64,000 nt of DNA, from positions 39,680,001-39,744,000 of the forward strand of contig OZ024742.1 of NCBI GenBank assembly GCA_964016885.1. The letters are read 5' to 3'. The stretch is from Eledone cirrhosa. Taxonomy: Eukaryota. The notes beneath the pieces were generated by a model. It was not told the origin of the DNA. It saw nothing but the letters and a program-made list of their open reading frames with translations, and made no database searches. Positions 38,106 through 51,360 of the stretch are shown here, piece by piece. Positions within the stretch are counted from its first letter, which is position 1, and each line of letters opens with the position of its first letter. Position numbers and translations under genes: made by a program.

Positions 38106-39149
38106 CATATATATACATATATATACATATATATATATATATGTATATATATTTATTAAAATAACAGATTAAAGTTTAAGCAAAGAATCGCTGCTTTCAC
38201 CCTTAACGGGATCTTCTGAAACTAACAAAGTCAATCTGTAAACGCAGAACTGGATATTTCAAAAAACGTTGCAGCCGGAGGAAGACAGGAAGACGATACT
38301 TTGGTTCATGGTGACGTTCGCTGGTAAAGAACGGGAAAAAACGAATAATACGTCATTAATAGGAGCGGTGAAAGACAATTACGTGCAAGGACAGAACCAC
38401 GTTTATGGTCTAAAAGAGGTCGTAGACTAATGTTCTCTAAATGGTGCATAGAGACGTTCTCTGGCGATGAACGAAAAAACGAAGATAATAAGTCATATGT
38501 GGAGCGTGGAGAACAATAGCGTGCAAAGACAAAACCACGTAAATGGTATAGCAGAAGTCGTAGACTAAAATTCTAACTAGGAGACCGAATGAATCTCCGC
38601 TACAGAGTTAAGAACAAAGTAAATAAATACAATACAGAAGTAATAGGAACAAATAAATACATACACGCAAACAGATACGTACATACACAAGCATACGCAA
38701 AACCTTACCATAGGTATACAAAACCACGCACATATAAATATGTGTATGTGTGTATGCTTGTGTACAAATAAATAAATAATTATATAAACGTATATAAGTA
38801 AATAAATACGTATATAACAAGCGCACACACATACCTACAAATAAATACATGAAGGTTCGGAGACGTAAGTCAACTAAAACAAGAAGTACACATAAACACA
38901 CACCCACCATACGCACGAACCTGCATACTCAGGCAGACGCAAAACTCCCATATACACATAACCAAGCCCTAAATACTAGAATATGTAAAAATTATACGCC
39001 AAAACAGTCAAATATACGTACGAGAAGGTATACATACCTTCACAAAACATACGGGTAATATATACTTACCTATGCAAATAAGTAAAGGAATAAACAAAAC
39101 ATATACTTAGCTCCCACATCAAGACGTAAATATCCACGTATAGATCGTG

Positions 39150-41279
39150 CTATCCGTTAGGGTATAACGTAGGGCTGTAATACAGGAAAGTTTTGTGCAA
39201 TTTATGTTTACAAGCCGAAATTGCCTCAGATTTTTTGTTTAAGATGTGGTCTGTGGCGTAGAGTATTTCCAGGGCCTCAGCGGCGCAGAGGTCACATGGT
39301 CTTTTATTTCCGTTATACGATCTAGCCCTAGCTAGGATCTCCCAGTGTAACTTATATTGGGTGTGGTTGTCTTTTAGACTCCAGATATAAGCTGAAAGTG
39401 ACGTCATATTCCTTCTTAGAGGGTAACGAAAAGAATGGGTATGCATGTAAAGACGCTGCTTGAAACTATTGGCGGTTAACCCTATGTAGGCCCTACGGGA
39501 CGTGGGTGTTACAACCTTACATTTGCAGACAATGTTACTAGAGAGGCATTTCCCGGATAGGGGACAATCAGCCCGATTCCTACAATTACAGTTAGTACTA
39601 ACTACAGGGTTGCACGTGTTCCTACGGCTAGGTATTTTAGCTAAATTTGAAGCTGTGATGTTATGTGCAAGGTTAGGAGTCGTTGAGTAAGAAATTTTAA
39701 TAGTGTTTCTATTAAAAATTTTACTATATTTATGTGTAGGGGGAAAATGCTTCGTAATAAGGGAAAGAAAGATCTTAGCTAATGGTGTGGCCACCTCCAT
39801 ATTATATGGTGGGTTAAACCAACAAATGCGACGGGATCTATTTCTTCTAGGTCTATTCTCGTACTCTGTATATGCTACCTTATCGACAAATCCACTTCGA
39901 GCAAGAGCTTCATTGTAATAAGTGGAATAGTCGTTGAAAATGCGCTCGTTGGTGGAAAGACGGGAGAGCCTCAACGAAACGTTTTTTACCAGGTTCTTGG
40001 TTATGCTGGCAGGATGGTTGGAATGCTTACTTATGTAATTAAGCGTATCATTCGGCTTTCTATACGGGTAATGCAACCCATTCAATAAATTGAGGGTAAC
40101 GTCGAGGTAATTAACGACCGAGAGATTGGCCTCAACCTGTATAGAGAGGTTGAAGCCTTTAAAGAAGGCTGTGAGTTCTTTTCTGAATCTGTCGCAAGCA
40201 CGAGGTCCGCACTTAGTCATGGTCAAAAGGCCATCGTCACGGTACAAACGACCGCCGGCGTTGGGGAATTCGTCCTTGATAGAGAAAAGAAGGAAAAGGC
40301 CAATAAGATCAGTAACCTCCGCAGAGTCACTGGCGCCCATACTCACGTCGAATGGAGTACTATTGGATTTTTTAATCCAAATAGAATCGTCGAAATTAAT
40401 CACCGACTTTCGGGCATTAAGGATGACATCAACTTCGAAATCCTTAACCACTGTGAGTGTTTTAGCGAAATTGATAGCTCTAAGGAGAAGTGGTAAAGTG
40501 ATGGAGGAGTAGTAATTGTTGATGTCGAATTGGATAAAACGGCAATGTTCCTTGTTACATATGCCGTTGAACCAATCAATCACCGCGAAAGAATTGTTCC
40601 ACAGTGCGAGAGGGGCCAAATTTCTAATTTCAGGTATAATTCTATCAATAATCGTTTTACTAAGTCTACCTAAATCGGACCTCGTAGGGTTAATAAGCCG
40701 AATAGAGGGGTTGTTCGGAAAATTGGATTTGTGGTCCTTCGGGGTAAAATGGGGAGAGATAGGGTCCAGGGGTTCGGTCCGGTCCAGGATGTTGAGATCA
40801 GATGTGATTTTAAACCCAGCATCGTTGATTTCATTGATGACACACCGATTAGTTTTACGGTAATCCTTAGTTACAGCATTATGTAGTAGTTGATGGTAAG
40901 TACTGCGCTCCACTTGATATAGGTTGCCAGTTTTGTCGGAATGGACGTGCACAGCGTTAGAATCCTTAATAGAACGAATTCTATTCTTCAGGTCTTGCTG
41001 GAAGGAATTGCTCCTATTCCGAAATTTGATACTCCGAATGAGTTCCAAGACATCATTTTCGAAGGGTAGCAATGCTGGGTTCCACGGAGGGTTATTATAG
41101 GTTTTAAATCCAAATTTGTCCTGCTTGTTGTCTGCTTTTCGCGGATTATCGAAATAAAAGGCACGCCAACGCAACCTTTTAATGAACGCGTCTGTTTTCT
41201 GTATCAGGAGTTTTAGGTATGTTTTCCTGCTTGGTACGGGGATGTTCTTTGTAGAAGTATTCAGATGTTGTTTCTGCAT
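39150..41279 (-). CDS. PLE polyprotein: reverse transcriptase + Cys-rich linker + GIY-YIG endonuclease (709 aa; Hydra-clade-like)
   Basis: SDKTGN, KDHK..F..NP..RLINP, QFDINNYYSSI, MGASDSAEV, LYRDDGL, NYLDVTLNL, WFNPPY, CNCRNRADCPLSGKC, NIVCKC...YIGLT..FKQRLYMH, CDLCAAE. Confidence 0.92.
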   Translation of the reverse strand: MQKQHLNTSTKNIPVPSRKTYLKLLIQKTDAFIKRLRWRAFYFDNPRKADNKQDKFGFKTYNNPPWNPALLPFENDVLELIRSIKFRNRSNSFQQDLKNRIRSIKDSNAVHVHSDKTGNLYQVERSTYHQLLHNAVTKDYRKTNRCVINEINDAGFKITSDLNILDRTEPLDPISPHFTPKDHKSNFPNNPSIRLINPTRSDLGRLSKTIIDRIIPEIRNLAPLALWNNSFAVIDWFNGICNKEHCRFIQFDINNYYSSITLPLLLRAINFAKTLTVVKDFEVDVILNARKSVINFDDSIWIKKSNSTPFDVSMGASDSAEVTDLIGLFLLFSIKDEFPNAGGRLYRDDGLLTMTKCGPRACDRFRKELTAFFKGFNLSIQVEANLSVVNYLDVTLNLLNGLHYPYRKPNDTLNYISKHSNHPASITKNLVKNVSLRLSRLSTNERIFNDYSTYYNEALARSGFVDKVAYTEYENRPRRNRSRRICWFNPPYNMEVATPLAKIFLSLITKHFPPTHKYSKIFNRNTIKISYSTTPNLAHNITASNLAKIPSRRNTCNPVVSTNCNCRNRADCPLSGKCLSSNIVCKCKVVTPTSRRAYIGLTANSFKQRLYMHTHSFRYPLRRNMTSLSAYIWSLKDNHTQYKLHWEILARARSYNGNKRPCDLCAAEALEILYATDHILNKKSEAISACKHKLHKTFLYYSPTLYPNG

Positions 41280-41710
41280 GATGAATATAAGTCAGTAGAG
41301 TGCTCAACCGAAGGAGCCAAATAGTAATAATAATCGGAGATTCATTCGGTCTCCTAGTTAGAATTTTAGTCTACGACTTCTGCTATACCATTTACGTGGT
41401 TTTGTCTTTGCACGCTATTGTTCTCCACGCTCCACATATGACTTATTATCTTCGTTTTTTCGTTCATCGCCAGAGAACGTCTCTATGCACCATTTAGAGA
41501 ACATTAGTCTACGACCTCTTTTAGACCATAAACGTGGTTCTGTCCTTGCACGTAATTGTCTTTCACCGCTCCTATTAATGACGTATTATTCGTTTTTTCC
41601 CGTTCTTTACCAGCGAACGTCACCATGAACCAAAGTATCGTCTTCCTGTCTTCCTCCGGCTGCAACGTTTTTTGAAATATCCAGTTCTGCGTTTACAGAT
41701 TGACTTTGTT

Positions 41711-41761
41711 AGTTTCAGAAGATCCCGTTAAGGGTGAAAGCAGCGATTCTTTGCTTAAACT
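41711..41761 (+). ncRNA. Hammerhead variant (CAGAAGA core) in the PLE pseudo-LTR
   Basis: AGTTT-CAGAAGA-T-CCC-GTTAA-GGG-T-GAAA-GCA-GCGATTCTT-TGC-TT-AAACT; identical at 38173-38223(-) and 18560-18610(-). Confidence 0.65.
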
Positions 41762-41898
41762 TTAATCTGTTATTTTAATAAATATTTGCTCTTCGGTTCT
41801 TATATATTTGATATATATTTTCCTTATCGAGCCCTCTCTGGATTTTAGTCTTCAATTGTATTATTATTACTATATGTATATATATATATATATGTGTA

Positions 41899-42114
<216 letters not shown>

Positions 42115-42133
42115 CATATACATATACATATAC

Positions 42134-42277
<144 letters not shown>

Positions 42278-42601
42278 GTATATGTATATGTATGTATATA
42301 TATATACACATGCATGTGTGTGTGTGTGTGTGTGTATCACTCTAAATTTGACGAATCATTGTTTGGCATGTAATCCAACCCGGCCATGGCCGGCTCTATC
42401 TCTATATCATCTATACAACAGCGTCATCGGATCCTTCCTCATTGTTACGGCAGATATATAGCAGCAATTCAAGCGACAAGACATTTTACAGAAATGTAGG
42501 AATGTCCAGTCATGGTAACAGATACACGACATCTTCTTTGTATTGGTTCATTCTATAGTAGAGATTTTTACATTCTCGGCTTATTAATTTAAGATAAATT
42601 A

Positions 42602-42790
42602 GGGCGGTGGATTGGCAGTCTCGGTAGAGCGTCGGGCGCCTTGCTTTGTCGCTTAGAGTTACAGCCCTTGCCATTCTGAGTTCAAATCCCGCCGAGTTTA
42701 GCTTTGCCTTTCATCCTTACGGAGTCGATAAAATAAAGTACCAGTAATGCACTGGGTATTTGCTGGCCTTGTGCCAAAAGTAAAAAAATT
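42602..42790 (+). mobile_element. tRNA-derived SINE family A
   Basis: Full head, core and tail. Confidence 0.88.
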
Positions 42791-42885
42791 AATTCAAGAT
42801 AAATAAATAAATATATAAGTCCCACTCAAGTATTGGAGTCGATTTAACCGACTTTCCTTTCCTTCAAAATTTCACCCCTTGTACC

Positions 42886-43050
42886 CAGTGCCAGATTTAG
42901 GACAAATGAGGCCCTGTGTTAGTTAAGTGATAAGGCCGCTTACTTGGGCCCTGAAGGAGGTAAAATACTTTTTTGGCAGGAAGATGCGACTCGTTGGCCA
43001 ACGGGGTCCTGTGCTTAAGCACACCTAAACACAATGGTAAATCTAGACTG
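42886..43050. mobile_element. hAT-type MITE (165 bp)
   Basis: Imperfect TIRs CAGTGCCAGATTTA / TAAATCTAGACTG flanked by a perfect 8-bp TSD CTTGTACC (42878-85 and 43051-58). Confidence 0.8.
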
Positions 43051-44018
43051 CTTGTACCTTTATCAGTAGTCACTTATTTGAAAGCGCCTAATTGGTGGAG
43101 TTCTTCTTCTTCTTCTTCTTCTTCTTCTTCTTCTTCTTCTTCTTCTTCTTCTTCTTGGGAGCAGAGTCCTTAAATACGTCTTCCAGCGGGTGGTGTGAGA
43201 AGCAAATGTCTCCAATTGATCTGGCTGGATCCCCAAATGAGACCAGCCGAGCTCCTTTCGAGCTCAATAATTAAAATGCCAGTCAAATACTGAGGTCGAG
43301 TCTCTCCCTCTCTTTCTTTCTCTGGAAGATCTCGATTATGTTCTGGCCTGGAGAGAACTGGGCTCCAACAGGTCGAAAACACCAAAGACAAGTCTTATTT
43401 CAGGACGATCCCTCAACGACCCCATCAGGAGTCAAGGGCCCTTTCCTTTCCTTCTTTATTTATTTCACATAGATTCTGTCTTGCCTTAATTAGGGAAACT
43501 ATATCGTCACCACCGAGCTGTTTACATATTTACTAAGCCATACGACACTTTTACTCTTTTACTGGTTTCACATACACACATCCATGATTAGAATAGTAGA
43601 TCTAGAGTATTAAAAACCTGAGATAACAGATTTACACACCGAAGAATATAGAATATATAACCAATTCCAGGCGAGATAATCTATTATATTATTCAGCTGC
43701 ACCTCGATAAACGACAAATATCTATCGGCATTGTTCTATTATTAGTCCTATAGAATTTAAATCAAAATTCAATTTCCTTGCAGGCATAGCACGCAAGCAG
43801 AAGATTTCCAGTCTGGTGAATCGCTGGTTTCATGTATTCTGTCCTACACCAATTCCATCTTGTATTCAAGCTTTCACTGTGAATATAACACATTTCATCA
43901 TTCTTACTTGAATAAATTTCTGAGAAATTTTTTCTGCTTGAAATTAGGCAATCAGAATAACAAAGCATTTTAAGCTTCGATATATACATACATACATGCA
44001 TACGTATGTATGTATATG

Positions 44019-44066
<48 letters not shown>

Positions 44067-44079
44067 ATCTGTTATTTTA

Positions 44080-44158
<79 letters not shown>

Positions 44159-44172
44159 TATATATATTATGT

Positions 44173-44241
<69 letters not shown>

Positions 44242-44295
44242 TATGTATATATATATAAAGTATATATATATATATATTATGTATATATATATAAA

Positions 44296-44345
<50 letters not shown>

Positions 44346-44347
<2 letters not shown>

Positions 44348-45670
44348 ATGGCTGAATTAGAGAAGAAATTCCAAACATGGAAGCATGGTCTAGAATCAAA
44401 AGGCCTTAAAATTAACTTGTCTAAGACTAAAGTTCTAGTTTGTAGGAAGGAAAACAGGGCACTGGTCCCCTCTGGGAAATGGCCATGCTCAGTGTGTAGG
44501 AAAGGAGTAGGCAGAAACTCAATTTTATGTCCCAAATGCAAAGTATGGGTGCATAAAAATGTAGTGGGATCACAGGTAAGCTAACTAAGAACATAGATTT
44601 TATATGTGGCCGGTGCTCTGGTGCAATAAGTAGCAGCATGTGCCCACTGAATACTAGCTCATTCCATTGCACAGATGGTTCTATAGAAATAGTGGACAGC
44701 TTCTGTTACCTGGGTGACAAAATCAGTAGTGGTGGAGGGTGCTCTGAAAGTACAGTAGCTAGAGTCAGAACGGGATAGAAAAAGTTCAGAGAGCTTATAC
44801 CACTATTAGCTGCTAAAGGTTTCTCTCTAAAAATGAAAGGCAGGCTGTATGATGCCTGCATACGAACAGCAATGTTACATGGCAGTAAGACATGGGCATT
44901 GTGTGCAGAGGATCTACGCAGACTGGAGAGGAACGAAGCTTGCATGCTCCGTTGGATGTGTAATAGTAATATACGTGAACGGCAAAGCATAAATGAACTA
45001 AGTGAGAAATTAGGAATAAGAGGGATCAGATGCTGTTTACTCGAGACAAGACTACGTTGGTATGGTCACGTGATGTACATGAAAGACGACAGCTGTATAA
45101 AAAAGTGCATGGCGATCAAAATAGACGGTAGCTACGGAGTAGGCAGACCCAGAAAAACCTGGGATGACTTGATAAATTCCGACCTTACAAACTTACACCT
45201 CTCCAAGACAATGTCATTGGACCGAGATGTTTGGCGCTACGCAGTACTACAGAAGACCCGCCTTGCCTAAGTACAAAGCGAAACCTACAGTCAGTAGGCA
45301 CCTCTTAACCAAAATACACACCCGTCCCACTACCCTACCCCCACCCCATCCACACCACCCCCCTCGATATAAAGTTATGTTGGTACCACAACATCCAGTC
45401 CTAAATAAATGAGGTCGTGTAGGTGTCACGACAAAAAAAAACACACAATCCACGCTGTAATGTGGCCGTGTAGGTAACACGATAAAAACGTCCCAATCCA
45501 CACTGTAAACGTGGTTGGTGTTAGGAAGGACATTCAGCCGTAGAAAACCTACCAGACAGTCCTACACGAGCAAGACAACCAATCTTGCCTCAAGTGGGAC
45601 AATTCCCGTCTAAACCCATGCTAGCGTGGAAGATAGACGTTAAACGATGCTGATGATGATGATGATGATA
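44346..45670 (+). mobile_element. 5'-truncated RTE-type LINE (same family as 9000-10174)
   Basis: GLKINLSKTKVL, PHD-like CSVC..CPKC...H...C...CGRC, thumb domain, in-frame stop/frameshift, (TGA)n tail; flanked by (TA)n. Confidence 0.9.
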
Positions 45671-45709
45671 TATATATATATATATAGAAAGTATATATAT
45701 ATATATAAA

Positions 45710-45769
<60 letters not shown>

Positions 45770-45870
45770 TTTTACCTCTTTTACCTGTTTCAGCCATCCG
45801 GCTGAGGCCATGCTGGGGCACCGCACTTATATAATGTATATATATATAAAGTATATATATATATATATAT

Positions 45871-46885
45871 AATTGGAAATCAGTAAAATCGAATGTCTGG
45901 TGGTTTGCAAGTAAATTCGGCCTACTTATATGAAGTGAATGAGTTAGCAAAGCACTCGATAAGGTAGGGCCTTAGAGTAATAACATACGTTTAAATAGCT
46001 TGACAAATCGAACATTGTGGTAGGCTAAACCAACACATATTACATACCAAAGCAACGATAGAACTAATCAGGTTGAGAACAGTACACCTGGACAAATTAA
46101 ACGAACAATCGTTTAAAGTGTTTCTTTGAATCCGAAATCAAATATCAGACTTACTTGAAAGGCAAGCTCATGGTATTGGTGATCGAACGTAGGATTCAGT
46201 TTATCAACAGGTTTTATCGCTCTACCTAGGATCGGAGTGATAAATTATATGTTGCTGCTATAAGCTGCTTATCGTATCTATAATTATCACGTGTTAATTC
46301 CGGCGAGGGAAATAACCCCCGGTCCCAGGCTGTTCACTCAAAATGTTAACGAAAGGAAATATTTTAAATTTCCGCCAATCATCATGATAAGCTCTCGACT
46401 AGATGTTATAAAACAAACACTAATAATTAACCAATCATCAGAATTATCTAATTAAATTAATTAGTTAATTATTAAATCCAGGAGAATAATATAATTGGAA
46501 ATCAGTAAAATCGAATGACTGGCGGTTTGCAAGTAAATTCGGCCTACTTATATGAAGTGAATGAGTTAGCAAAGCACTCGATAAGGTAGGGCCTTAGAGT
46601 AATAACATACGTTTAAATAGCTTGACAAATCGAACATTGTGGTAGGCTAAACCAACACATAATACATACCAAAGCAACGATAGAACTAATCAGGTTGAGA
46701 AAAGTACACCTGGACAAATTAAACGAACAATCGTTTAAAGTGTTTCTTTGAATCCGAAATCAAATATCAGACTTACTTGAAAGGCAAGCTCATGGTATTG
46801 GTGATCGAACGTAGGATTCAGTTTATCAACAGGTTTTATCGCTCTACCTAGGATCGGAGTGATAAATTATATGTTGCTGCTATAA
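45871..46885. repeat. 622-bp tandem unit x ~1.6 in (TA)n
   Basis: AATTGGAAATCAGTAAAATCG at 45871 and 46493, near-identical. Weak HHR-like motif on the minus strand at ~46355-46447. Confidence 0.8.
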
Positions 46886-46889
46886 TATA

Positions 46890-49700
46890 TATATGTAGGA
46901 GTTGTATTTAATTTGTTGGAATTCCGACAAACATAAATGTTTATAATTGATATAGAGCACTCAACAAGTTACTGGAGTAAATATGCCAAGATAATAATAA
47001 ATGGAAACTATATTTATAAAACCATAGTTATTTTATTATATATATTTCAAGGGTAACCAAGCCAAATTTGGTGCGCTTTCATCAGATAAAATACAAAATT
47101 TGTTTTATAAATAATGACATCCCCATGGAAATCACACCTTAGCGGTCCGAAATTCCAGCGAAGTATCCAGCGAAGTATATATATAAGTATAAATATATGT
47201 GTGTTTGTAAGTGTGTGTGTGTGAGTGTATGCGCGTGTGCGTGTGTCCATGTATGCAATCATATGTATATCGTTATTGTCTCTGTGTCCGTCCATCGTAG
47301 AAGACTTCGAAAATTACTTTCTTCCCTCCATCTCTCTTCCAACACCACCCTCGTGTGGCGACCAAATGCCCAGCGGTGATTGTTCCAGCTCTCTACTCTC
47401 TGAGTTTAAAAGTTTTCCAGCATTTCTGGGACGATAACATAAAGTACCAGTTCAGAGCTGTGAACTGCTTGTATTTTATGAGCGTCGTTACTTTTGTTCT
47501 GGTTGTTTAGGTGTTGAGTACTTTGGTAATCGTTTGCCTGCCGGTTTAACACCATCACCTGGTTTTACGATGTTTTTAACTGGGTTAACCCTGTTGTAAA
47601 AATTTGGGCCAGGCCTAGTGTTTGAGGACAATTGCTTCTTTCTTCACATCAGTCCCAGAGGCTCCGAAAAAATTTTGATGAACATGTAAAATGAATTATT
47701 ACAATAAAATGTTTGTTCTGATTTAAAAGTATATATTGTGCCTTTAATGAGATTAGAGCAAGTCCCACAATTAGAGCGACTACACGTTTTGACTGGTGGC
47801 GTTGGGTTTGTGGTGGGTAATTTGGCGCTTGTGAGTAGTTTTTAAAGGGATTTTTGTTTTCTTTTGCTTTTGATTATTTCATGTGTTTCGAGTTTTTGGT
47901 TTTTTTTCATTCTTGGGTCATGTCTCAATAGTGGGATGTTCTTGTAGATAATGTTGTATGCTTCTCTATTTCTTGGGTTGTGCGTTGAAACATAATTTAG
48001 AGTATTAGATATAAGTGAGGCTTTTCTTATTTTTTGTAATTCTTGAATAACTATTGCTTTGGAATGTTCTATTTTGTTATCTATTAACAATGATGGGTAC
48101 TGTCTTTCGAGCAGAATTTCTTTTCATTCTGAGTCTTATTCCGGGTTTCATAATTTGAGACAATTGTGCAAATTGTTCTCGCTAGATTAAATGGAATATG
48201 TGTATAGGGTGTTTTAAGGTGAAGAGCAAGTATTGTTTAGAATTTGTAGTGGATGTCAGTTTCAATGTTTGTGGCTTTTTTATGATTAGAATGTCCAGGC
48301 ATTGCAGTTGGATTGACTATATTCCGTTGTGAATTGGATATTATTATTGGTGCTGTTAATTAGGGTCTTGAATTCGTTGAGTTGGTCGAATATATGCGTC
48401 CATAGGATAAGGCAGTCATCCAACTAGCGTTTCCAGTTGTCTAACAAATATTTGTGGAAGTTCAAGCCGTGTTTTAATTTAGATAGTTCATATATATCGA
48501 CTTTCCAGGTATGCCATGACTAAATTAGCGCAAGTCGGAGAAATTTTTTACCCATCGTAGTCCCCGATATTTGTTTGTAAATATTGCCATTGAAATAAAA
48601 TAAAATTGTATTGTTGAAGGAATTTTAGTCCATCTGTTATGAAATTGTTTCTATTCTTTCCGGGATGTCATTGGGTAATTGTTCGAGCCAGCATCTTATT
48701 GTCTCTAGTCTGTACTGGGGTAGGCTCGTATTTTAGTGGTTTATTACATCAAAATTACAACAATAATGTAATAATAATTGACATTTTTAGGGAGATACTT
48801 TAAGGGGTCTAGGTTATCTCTTATAAGGCAAAACGTGTGGTCGCTCTAATATGTATTTGAGATTAGTTTCCATAATATGTCTACAAAATGATCGAGTCTG
48901 TGTTTCAGAATTTGGGTCCATTACAATTAGCCTTAATTTGGGTTGTTTTATACTTATACAGGTCGAAGTGAATTCTTTACAGACATCGTTAATCATTTTG
49001 CTCTTGTGGAGTTTGGGAAGTCCGTAAAGATTGCTGGTTTTGCAATCAAAATAGACACATAGCTTTTTTGCTAAGCCTTTTTGGTGTTGGCAAATGAGTG
49101 TGTTTAGTCTGGTCATCATATTTGATTGCTGGTAATTGTTTACCTTTTCATAATAGATAGTATCTTTTAGGAGAGAAGATATAGAATTGTTATAGTGTTC
49201 AACATCCATAATGACGACAGCTCTTCCTTTATCAGCTTCCTTAATTATGATGTCGTTATTGTTTTTTAATTAAAATATAATTTCCCATTTTTTTCGGCTG
49301 GTGTTGGTTTTGGGTCTAGGGTGTTGTATTTCATTGTATGGGAATGTTGATATGTGATCACAAAATTTGTCCAAGGTGTTATTCCTACCTTTTGTAGGAT
49401 TGAAGCTACTTTTATTCCGTACAATTGATTCATCACTGTTCTCCTTGTCAAAAAATTCCTTTATTAGTTGTAACTTTTTGCAAAAGTGTGAAATATCGTT
49501 CTGTATCTCACACTTATGCAAGTTAGAGTATTGTGGTTTTGAAGTGAATTTTAATTCCTTTGAGAGGATTATGATTTGTTGGGTTGAGAGATTTATATCC
49601 GATAGATTAATTATTTTCGGCTTTTCCAGAGTCGGTTTGCACCACCGAGTGTCGTATATTCTGCCGACTTCGTCTAAAAATGATTAAGTTTGTCTTTTCA
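46890..49700 (-). mobile_element. Heavily decayed Penelope-like retroelement with 3' hammerhead
   Basis: IIIKEADKGRAVVIMD, NLYGLPKLHKS, WKR*LDDC, YVSTHNP, CSRSNCGTC fragments in several frames. Confidence 0.8.
47029..47093 (-). ncRNA. Type I hammerhead with (UA)n palindromic stem III
   Basis: TATTTTAT-CTGATGA-AAG...CTT-GAAA-TATATA-TA-ATAAAATA. Confidence 0.75.
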
Positions 49701-50460
49701 TAGGTATTTCTGTATCTGATGGCCTTTACTCTATTACTGTGTGGTCGTTTATAGTAGTTTTCGGTGTTCTTAGGTTCGAACTGTTGTTGGTCGTGTTTGG
49801 GATTATTTTGCAGGTTGTAGTTTGTTCCTTTGTGTATGATGTGATCTACAGTTTTTGAACAAGTCCTGTTTTGAGGCAGGGAACACTTGTTTTTTTTTTA
49901 ATGGAGTTGCTATGTTGTCTAAATATCCTGGAGTTGTCACTATAGCTTTCGTGGGTGTAAGTTGGACGTTTTGGATCTGTTTTTGTTGGTTTGTGAATTT
50001 TGTGAATTTTAACTTTTTTCGAGAATGGGTAATCAGTATGACATTCGTTTTTGAATTCCGTTTCATAATTGCTGAACCAAACAGCATATATACACCCATA
50101 TATGTGTATGCACATGTGCTGAACTTCTAGTGATTTCGCCGACGAGTGTTGCAGTTGTTTTATCAATGGAACAGCTGGTTTGTGCAAGTGGCTGAGCATT
50201 CCAGACACATGTAGCCTGAACAAAATTGTTCGGGTGATTCAGCGTTAGACAATGTATGGCAATTCTGGCTCTTCGAATTACCGGTACATCTTATTTTTGT
50301 CAGCTGAGTAGTCAGGAACAACGTGAAATAAAGTGTCTTGCTCAAGGGCACAACGCGTCTCCCAAAATCAAATTGATGTGAACCAAGCGCCTTCATTAAT
50401 GGATATACACACACATACACCCACATCCATATACACACAGACACACACACACATACACAG

Positions 50461-50502
<42 letters not shown>

Positions 50503-50679
50503 TCACACACACGCACTCACACACACACACACTCTCCCCCTCTCCGTCTCTCTCACACACTCACAAACAGCAATTGGTTTTGTCAGCCTGGCTATGATAT
50601 ATGATGGCTAATGTGGCAGCAGTTTCATTCGAAGTTCAATTCAGCGTTCTCTGAAGCACCGCCGCCATACCAGAACCAC

Positions 50680-51360
50680 TACCACTCCAATAACAACAAC
50701 AACGAGAACAATCACTCCCTCCTCCCACCAACATCATCATCACCAGCACGACTACCACCACCTCATTCACCATCACCACCACCACCACCACCATCGCCAC
50801 TACCACTATGACAATCACCAATACCAACACATCACCATCAGCATTATATCACCACCACCATCACCACTAACCCCCACCATCACCATTACCAATAATACCA
50901 TCAACACTATAACTCCATTACCATCACCACTATACCACCAAGACCACCACCCCACCAGCACCATCACACCTACCAAAACCTCTACTACCACCATCAGCAA
51001 CACTATGACCAACACCACCACCATCACCAGCAACACTAACCTTCACCACCATCACCTGCACCACTAACCTTCACCACCACCATTACCAGCACCACTAACC
51101 TTCACCACCATACCACCACCACCACCATACCACCATACCACCACCACCACCATACCACCACCACAACCACCATCACCACCACCATATCACTACCACTACA
51201 ACCACCATCACCACCACCATACCACCACCACCATCACCAGCACCCCTAACCTTCACCACCACCACCACCACCACCATACCACCACCACCACCATCACCAC
51301 CACCATATCACTACCACCACCATACCACCACCACCACCATCACCACCCCTATCACCAACC
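50680..51360. repeat. (ACC)n/(CAT)n-rich low-complexity tract
   Basis: Degenerate CAC/ACC repeats. Confidence 0.9.

Larger units (their letters stand above)
38149..41871 (-). mobile_element. Apparently full-length Penelope-like retroelement with inverted pseudo-LTRs, in (TA)n
   Basis: 38149-38599 is the reverse complement of 41335-41785 (no differences noticed by eye); single intact ORF between; TA tracts on both sides. Confidence 0.92.
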
